From Endomicrobiales bacterium (GTDB lineage Bacteria > Elusimicrobiota > Endomicrobiia > Endomicrobiales > CAWCFT01), in the NCBI GenBank assembly GCA_963794945.1, contig CAWCFT010000001.1:1-64000 (forward strand): a stretch of DNA of 64,000 nucleotides. The letters run 5' to 3'. Made by a program: the position numbers and the translations under genes. The notes below the pieces were generated by a model. The model was not told the DNA's origin. It saw nothing but the letters and a program-made list of their open reading frames with translations, and searched no databases. Positions 57,388 to 64,000 of this stretch are shown piece after piece (position 1 is the stretch's first letter; each line of letters starts with the position of its first letter).

Positions 57388-58596
57388 TTAAACGGCCCAG
57401 GGATGCCCGCGAATATCAGTAATTTTAATATCAACAATCTTATTGCAATATGAATGCATATTATTATCAGAATTGAGCCTAATATAATTGTCTGTCAAGA
57501 ATGTATTCTTGTTGCCCTCAATAACAGCCGGCCGGACAGTGCCTACGAATCTCTTCCAGAAAGATGTTTCAAGTTCGTTCCCAAGCTCCCTGAGAACCGC
57601 GGACCTGCCCTTGATCTTTTCAGCTGAAACCTCGCTCTTGAACCCTGCGGCAAGAGTTCCTTCTCTCTTGGAAAACCTGAACACGTGAAGCCGGCTAAAT
57701 TTCAGTTTTTTTGCGAGAGCATATGTCTCATTGAAATCCTTGTCCGTCTCGCCGGGAAAACCAACTATAATATCCGTTGAAATACCGGCATCGGGCAATA
57801 TCTTATATACCGACCTAACCTTAGCGGAGAACTGTTCCACCGTGTAAGGCCTTCTCATTTGTTTGAGAATTTTGTCGGAGCCTGATTGCAAGGGAAGATG
57901 AAGGTGCCTGCATAACCGCCTTGGATTTTCCTTCATAAGCCGCAAGAGTTTTCCGGAAACCTCATTAACTTCGAGGGACGAAAGCCGTACGCGAAATTCT
58001 CCTTTGAGTTCAAGTATACTTTTAATTAAGTTTTCTATCCCGCCCTTGTATTTTCCCAGCCTGACGCCCGTAAGAACGATCTCGGGGTAGCCTTGCTCAA
58101 CCAGTTTATTTATCTCGGATAAAACATCGTTTGCCGGCCGGCTGAGCATTTTGTTCCTCACGTAAGGAACGATACAATAAGAACAAAAAGCGTCGCATCC
58201 GTCCTGAATTTTTACGAAAGCCCGCGAGTGGGCATCGAACCGGTTTATGCCGGAGCCCGCTTTCAAGAACGGGCCTTTATCCAGTATCGCTACAGAGGGC
58301 GATATATTTTTCAGTTCCTCGGGTGACCTCAGCGCGTAACAACCTGACACCATTACTTCAATGCCGGGGTTTTTCTTAAGCGCCTGCCTTATCATCTGCC
58401 TGCACTGCCTGTCCGCTTCACCGGTGACCGTGCAGCTGTTTATCAGCAGTGCTCCGGCGCCTTCGATCGCGCCTGTAAGCTCGTAGCCGCTTTGTTTGAA
58501 GTTTTCGCTTAGGATCTGGGTTTCGTACTGGTTTACTTTGCAACCGAAGGAGTGCACATACAGTTTTTTTACGGCGGTGTTTTTACACTTTTTCAT
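57388..58596 (-). CDS. mtaB: tRNA t6A37 methylthiotransferase
   Basis: SFGCKVNQYE, INSCTVT, KIQDGCDAFCSYC and HLHLPLQSG; follows rsmE. Confidence 0.88.
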   Translation of the reverse strand: MKKCKNTAVKKLYVHSFGCKVNQYETQILSENFKQSGYELTGAIEGAGALLINSCTVTGEADRQCRQMIRQALKKNPGIEVMVSGCYALRSPEELKNISPSVAILDKGPFLKAGSGINRFDAHSRAFVKIQDGCDAFCSYCIVPYVRNKMLSRPANDVLSEINKLVEQGYPEIVLTGVRLGKYKGGIENLIKSILELKGEFRVRLSSLEVNEVSGKLLRLMKENPRRLCRHLHLPLQSGSDKILKQMRRPYTVEQFSAKVRSVYKILPDAGISTDIIVGFPGETDKDFNETYALAKKLKFSRLHVFRFSKREGTLAAGFKSEVSAEKIKGRSAVLRELGNELETSFWKRFVGTVRPAVIEGNKNTFLTDNYIRLNSDNNMHSYCNKIVDIKITDIRGHPWAV

Positions 58597-59328
58597 ATTC
58601 ACCCGACATGTTCATAACCAGTATCACCGACAACAAGCCGGCTGTTTCAACCCTGAGTATTCTTGAGCCCAGCGTAACAGGCTGAGCACGGAACTTTTTG
58701 CAAGTTCGATCTCTTTTACAGAGAACCCGCCCTCGGGGCCTATGAAAATATTAGCGGTGATAGCTTTTTCTGCCCCTTGAAATACTTCTCTTAAGGTTTT
58801 AGTATTTTCAGCTTCCCAGGGAATTATATTGTAAGTTGACGGCATATTCTGCGCCGCGACACAGCTTATGGCTTCTTTGAGCTCAACTGGCTTTTCTATC
58901 TTCATGAGCCCGGGACGGCCGCACTGCTGGCAGGCCGCTTTCGCCAGCCTTTCCCATCTATCGAATTTTGGCTCGGACGCTTCCCGTATCACACTGCGCT
59001 CGGTTATCAACGGAATGATCTTCGCAACACCCAGCTCGGCCGCCTTTTCGATAAGCCAGCCGAACCTCTCGCCTTTCGGCACGGCGTGATAAAGATTTAT
59101 CGTTGCCGCGGCCGTGCCGTTAGTTTCGGTCTTGATGAACGTTCCTTTTATCTCGTCTTTGGAAACCGTATCGATCACGCCGATCATGGTCCCGCCCTTG
59201 CCGTCAAAAAGCTTGAGCTTGTCGCCCTTGCTATAACGTCTTACAGTGACAAGATAATGTACATCTTCGCCGGTGATCCGGAAAGTGTTTTCGGAAATAT
59301 TCTCGAGAGGAACATAGAAGTGGGGCAT
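58583..59328 (-). CDS. rsmE: 16S rRNA m3U1498 methyltransferase (indel near 58690)
   Basis: MPHF, EKAAELGV, QQCGRP and IGPEGGFS; the alternate frame gives LGSRILRVETAG. Confidence 0.92.
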
Positions 59329-59344
59329 AATTAAAACCAAATTC

Positions 59345-59418
59345 AAAATTAAAAGATTTAAGATTAAAGATTCAAGGCTCTAATTTTCCAAATTTTTAAT
59401 CTTCTAATCTTAAATTTT
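59345..59418. repeat. Heptamer inverted-repeat element, AAGATT type
   Basis: AAGATTT AAGATTA AAGATTC ... AAATTTT TAATCTT cTAATCTT AAATTTT. Confidence 0.85.
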
Positions 59419-59422
59419 GTTG

Positions 59423-60559
59423 CTAACCAAACACCTTTTTGAACACGCCGGGCTCTTCATTGGCAAACTCGCCTATCGATTGGCCGAACTGCTTAAGCGC
59501 GGCTTTCTGTTTTTCGGTCAGGTTCTTCGGCACGATGATATTTGACTTAACCAGCAAATCGCCTTTACTGCGCCTGCCAAGATGAGGGAACCCAGCTTCC
59601 TTTATGCGGAAAGTAGTGCCGACCTGTGTCCCGGGAGGAATTTTAAGCTTTACCTTGCCGTCGAGGGTCTCTACTTCAGCTTCTCCACCCAGCGCGGCTT
59701 TTACAAAACTGATATCTATTTCAGCGTGGAGATCATCTCCAACCCTGGTGAAACGCGCGTCTCTTTTCAAGTGTATGACGACGTAAAGGTCGCCGTGCGT
59801 GCCGCCTTTCGCTCCCATATCGCCCGCGCCCGTAACGCGCAGAGAGGTTCCCTCATCTACTCCCGGAGGGATGCGCACCGTAACTTTGTTAATGTCTTTT
59901 TTTCGGCCCTGGCCGTGGCACGCCTGGCACGGAGTATCAACAATTTGCCCTTCTCCCCCGCACTTGGGGCAGGTCTGAGAGAACGAGAAGAAACCCTGCG
60001 CGTACCGGACTTGACCCGAACCTTTGCACTGCGGGCAGGTCTTGGAACTCGTGCCAGGTTTCGCCCCCGTACCAGAGCAAACAGTACAGTTCTCTTGACG
60101 GGGTATCTCCAGCGGTATCTCTACACCCTTGGCCGCATCATCGAAAGAAAGCTCCAGATCGTACTGAAGGTCCGCTCCTTTTCTCCCGCGCGACCCCCCG
60201 CCTCCGGATGACCGCCTGGAGCCGCCTCCACCGCCAAAAATATCGCCGAATATATCGCCGAATATGTCTCCCGCGTTTGAGAAATCCCCCATGCCGCCGT
60301 AAGCGCCGTTACCGCCGCCGGGAGGCGGAGGAGCGGTGCCGACGCCGGCGTGGCCGTAGGCGTCGTACTGATGCCTCTTTCCAGGATCAGATACCATCTC
60401 GTAGGCTTCGTTTATTTCCTTGAACTTTTCTTCGGCGGATTTGTCGCCGGGGTTCTTGTCCGGATGGTACTTGAGCGCAAGCTTTCTGTACGCCGTTTTG
60501 ATGTCGTCCGGCGTCGCATTTTTGCCTACGCCCAATATCTCGTAATAATCGCGTTTCAT
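59423..60559 (-). CDS. dnaJ: Chaperone DnaJ
   Basis: J domain HPD, G/F region, four CxxCxGxG. Confidence 0.98.
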   Translation of the reverse strand: MKRDYYEILGVGKNATPDDIKTAYRKLALKYHPDKNPGDKSAEEKFKEINEAYEMVSDPGKRHQYDAYGHAGVGTAPPPPGGGNGAYGGMGDFSNAGDIFGDIFGDIFGGGGGSRRSSGGGGSRGRKGADLQYDLELSFDDAAKGVEIPLEIPRQENCTVCSGTGAKPGTSSKTCPQCKGSGQVRYAQGFFSFSQTCPKCGGEGQIVDTPCQACHGQGRKKDINKVTVRIPPGVDEGTSLRVTGAGDMGAKGGTHGDLYVVIHLKRDARFTRVGDDLHAEIDISFVKAALGGEAEVETLDGKVKLKIPPGTQVGTTFRIKEAGFPHLGRRSKGDLLVKSNIIVPKNLTEKQKAALKQFGQSIGEFANEEPGVFKKVFG

Positions 60560-60589
60560 AGTATATGTTTAGCCTGATCCTTTTGTTCC

Positions 60590-62484
60590 TTAATTGCTTG
60601 CTTTCTTGTCGTCTACAACCTCTGCGTCAACTACCTTTTCACCCTGAGCAGCACCCTGGGCCTGTTCTCCGCCCTGCGGTTGGCCCTGCTGCGGATTCGC
60701 CGCCCTGCGGGCCGGCTCCCTGCGACTTCTTCTGGGCTTCCTTATATATGGCCTCGGCAAGCTTGTGGGACGCCGCGGTGAGGTTTTCTTTGGCTTTTCT
60801 TATCGCTGCGGTGTCGCTGCCTTTAAGGGCCTCTTTGGCCTCGCCAAGCGCGCGCTCGATGTTGAGCTTCTCGTCGGCCGATATCTTATCGCCGTGGTCC
60901 TTGAGGCTCTTTTCAGTGGAATAGACCAGCGTATCGGTCTCGTTCTTGACCTCTATCTCTTCCTTGTGCGCCTTGTCGTCCGCAGCGAATTTCTCGGCTT
61001 CTTTTACGAATTTCTCGACTTCTTCCTTGGAAAGCTTCGTCGAAGCCGAGATCCTTATCGACTGTTCCTTGCCCGTGCCGAGGTCCTTGGCCATAACGTG
61101 AAGGATGCCGTTGGCGTCAATATCAAAAGTAACTTCTATCTGCGGAACGCCCCTGGGAGCGGGCGGGATGCTGTCGAGGAAGAATTTTCCTAACGAGACA
61201 TCGTCTTTGGCCATCGGCCGTTCGCCCTGAAGTACGTGTATCTCGACCGACGGCTGGTTATCAGCGGCTGTCGAGAATACCTGGGAGCGTTTTACCGGGA
61301 CGGTCGTGTTCCTGTCTATGATCGCGGTCCTTACTGCGCCGAGCGTCTCAAGGCCGAGCGTGAGAGGCGTGACGTCAAGAAGCAGTATATCCTTTACTTC
61401 GCCCGTCAGCACCGCAGCCTGGATGCTCGCTCCTATCGCTACGCACTCCATGGGGTCAATGCCGTGCTCGAGCTTCCTGCCCACATAGCCCTCAACGAAT
61501 TTCTGGACTATAGGCATTCTGGTAGGGCCGCCGACAAGTATTATCCTGGCGATAGCGTCAACAGAGAGTTTGGCATCGGATATAGCCTGGTCGATCGATG
61601 TTTTGCACCTGTCTACTATGGGCTTAACTATATTCTCAAGTGTTGCGCGCGAGAATTTCATTGTCAGATGTTTCGGCCCCGACGCGTCTGCCGTGATGAA
61701 CGGCAGGTTGAGGTCGGTCTCGAGCACGTTTGAGAGCTCTATCTTGGCTTTCTCAGCCGCTTCTTTTAGGCGCTGTACCGCCATCTTGTCTTTCCTGAGG
61801 TCTATCCCATTTGTCTTTCTGAAATCCTCAGCGATGTAATCTATCAGCGCGTTGTCCATATCGGTTCCGCCAAGCTGTGTGTCGCCTGATGTGGAAAGCA
61901 CTTCGAACGTTCCTTCCTTTCCCATTTCCATAATGGTGACATCGAGCGTTCCGCCGCCGAGGTCGAACACCAGTATCTTCTGCTCGGACCCTGCTTTGTC
62001 TATACCGAACGCGAGCGAAGCCGCGGTGGGCTCGTTGACAAGCCTCACAACTTCGAGGCCCGCGATGGCGCCGGCATCTTTCGTGGCCTGGCGCTGGTTA
62101 TCGTTGAAATACGCCGGCACCGTTATCACGGCCTTTGTAACTGGCTGGCCGAGATAAGCTTCGGCATCCCTCTTTATCTTCTGGAGGATAAAAGCCGAGA
62201 GCTGCTGCGGCGTGTATTCTTTGCCGTAAACGCTGTATTTGTGGTCAGTCCCCATCTTTCTCTTGAACGCCGTGATGGTGCCTTCGGTGTTCGTTACAGC
62301 CTGCCTGCGCGCCGGCTCGCCTATCAAGAGCTGTCCGTCTTTTGTGAACGCTACGACTGAAGGGAATGCCTTTCCGCCAAGCGTTGTGCCTTCGGCTGAA
62401 GGTATAATGGTCGCTTTTTCCGCCTTCCATAACCGCCGCAGCCGAGTTTGATGTTCCCAAATCTATACCAATGATCTTTGCCAT
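60590..62484 (-). CDS. dnaK: Chaperone DnaK (two indels)
   Basis: [31 protein letters not shown] and [11 protein letters not shown]; ends [14 protein letters not shown]. Confidence 0.96.
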
Positions 62485-62554
62485 AACACTTACCTCCGAT
62501 ATTTAACGTTAATAAAACTAAATTTCTTTTTTTGAGACTACTAACAAAAGCCCG

Positions 62555-63106
62555 TCAATTGATTGTCAGCGATGTTGAGGGTTTGGCAACCTTAACCTTC
62601 GCGTGCCTTATTACTCTTTCTTTAAGCATATAGCCTTTCTGAGTCACCTCTATTACCGTCCCTTCAGGGCGGTCGCTTTCCACCTGTTCTATAGCCTCCG
62701 CGAGAGCCGGATCGAACATTTTTCCCAGGCAGTCTATTTCTGTTATACCTTCGCTTGATAGCATCTTTACGAACTCCTGCTTTATAAGCTCGAGCCCTTT
62801 TTGTATACTTTCTATATTAGTTGTAGTAACTATGCTTGCCGACGCCTGCTCCATAACATCCAACAGGCCCACCTGTTTGAGAAGAATTTCCTCTTTTCCC
62901 CATATCATGTGGTTCTGCTTTTCTCTCTCTGTTCTTTTCCTGAAATTATCGAATTCTGCTTTGAGCCTAAGAAGCTGGTTGTAATAATCCTCCGCGGCCT
63001 GCTTCTTTTCTTCAAACGACTGCTTGAGTATATCCAGCTCTGACAGCTTGTCTTCTCTGGCGGCATCCAGGGTTTCACCTGTTTCGGAATTCTTGTTCTC
63101 GTTCAA
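62555..63106 (-). CDS. grpE: Nucleotide exchange factor GrpE
   Basis: LRLKAEFDNFRKR, FDP and KGYML..IRHAKVKV. Confidence 0.95.
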   Translation of the reverse strand: MNENKNSETGETLDAAREDKLSELDILKQSFEEKKQAAEDYYNQLLRLKAEFDNFRKRTEREKQNHMIWGKEEILLKQVGLLDVMEQASASIVTTTNIESIQKGLELIKQEFVKMLSSEGITEIDCLGKMFDPALAEAIEQVESDRPEGTVIEVTQKGYMLKERVIRHAKVKVAKPSTSLTIN

Positions 63107-63116
63107 GGAATTTCTC

Positions 63117-64000
63117 CTATTTTTTTCCTGTTAATATCTTGTTGAGCATTTTTGAAACCGCGTTGACGATAGCCATCATCTTTGGGTATTCCATTCTTTT
63201 TGGGCCGATAATACCCAGCATCCCCACCGGGTTGTCACCGTTCTTGTAAACCGAACTTATAACGCTTAAATTCTTAAGCTCTTCGCACGATGATTCCGAA
63301 CCTATAACCACCCGCACCCCTTCACGGTTTATATCTTTTTCCAGCAGGTGCGTAAGTATGCCCTTATCCTCGAACAGTTTCAGTATGCTGCGCATGGGCT
63401 CGTAATCGTGGAACTCGGGCAGCGTAAGCACGCTTGCCGGGCTGTCGAGATACACCTCTTCTTCAAAATCGAACATCTCGCGGCTCATCCTCTTGAACAG
63501 AACGAAAATATCTTTTTCCTGGCGTTCTATCTCTTCTATCTCCTGCACGATCCTCTGTTTAGCCTCAACCAGGTTCAATCCCCTCAACCTCTGGTTTAAC
63601 ACGCGGCTAAGCTCAGTTAACCTTGCCTTTGGGACGCTCATTTCAATGATCTTGTGCTTAACCATGCCGGTCTCCGTGACCATTATGATGAGCACTCGTG
63701 TATCGGAAACGCCTATTAACTCAAGGAATTGCAGCTTGTTCCTGTCAACCTTCGGCGCCAGCACGAACCCGCTGAACTTCGAAAGGGCCGAAAGCACGTG
63801 CGAAGTCTGAGTAAGAATGTCTTCTATCTCTTTTAACCTTGTATCGTACTCCTGGCGGACCCGCTCTTCCTCTTCTATAGCGAGCCTCTGCAGCTCCATG
63901 AGAGAATCTACGTAATCCCTGTACCCCTTATCCGTGGGCATACGGCCGGCGGATGTGTGCGGGTGTGTCAGATAACCTTCTTCCTCAAGCTCCGACATAA
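63117..64000 (-). CDS. hrcA: Heat-inducible transcription repressor (5' end outside window)
   Basis: MSELEEEGYLTHPHTSAGRMPTDKGYR and GIIGPKRMEY. Confidence 0.95.
   Translation of the reverse strand, partial: MSELEEEGYLTHPHTSAGRMPTDKGYRDYVDSLMELQRLAIEEEERVRQEYDTRLKEIEDILTQTSHVLSALSKFSGFVLAPKVDRNKLQFLELIGVSDTRVLIIMVTETGMVKHKIIEMSVPKARLTELSRVLNQRLRGLNLVEAKQRIVQEIEEIERQEKDIFVLFKRMSREMFDFEEEVYLDSPASVLTLPEFHDYEPMRSILKLFEDKGILTHLLEKDINREGVRVVIGSESSCEELKNLSVISSVYKNGDNPVGMLGIIGPKRMEYPKMMAIVNAVSKMLNKILTGKK

Noticed and set aside
3279..59418. CRISPR interpretation of the intergenic repeats
   Set aside because: The units are 7 nt with no unique spacers, and no cas genes are present.
12391..63810. Numerous + strand ORFs of 60-260 aa
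   Set aside because: Antisense shadows of well-identified minus-strand genes.

Overview
Bacterial chromosomal segment from an outer-membrane-bearing organism. Elusimicrobiota-like is my inference from the PorV/FlgD-type surface proteins and a DnaK lacking the diderm insert; it is not a database result. The window appears to span the replication terminus. All genes from 72 to 9293 are on +, essentially all genes from 9946 to 64000 are on -, and a dif-like XerC/XerD site (9426-9453) sits in the AT-rich gap between them. Core content: panD, tRNA-Pro(CGG), acyP, an alternative sigma-70, apt, tRNA-Arg(CCT), PHP and TPR genes, two beta-barrels, GH57, truA, asd, psd-pssA-leuACDB, rlmN, rsmB, htpX, mscL, HIT-rpsU-nif3-dnaG-rpoD and hrcA-grpE-dnaK-dnaJ-rsmE-mtaB. 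Accessory content: (i) a ~6 kb island (19.3-25.3 kb) with two TA modules, RhuM, an orphan ParB and two AT-rich ORFans next to a second dif-like palindrome; (ii) a ~16.5 kb giant FN3-repeat surface-protein gene coupled to a PorV-FN3-OmpA-CsgG-like fusion. The most striking unexplained signal is a family of at least 7 intergenic elements at operon gene junctions, each made of tandem 7-nt repeats followed by tandem reverse-complement 7-nt repeats, using three different heptamer units. Many genes, including dnaG and dnaK, carry single-base indels that are most likely uncorrected long-read errors, so split ORFs are reported as single CDSs.
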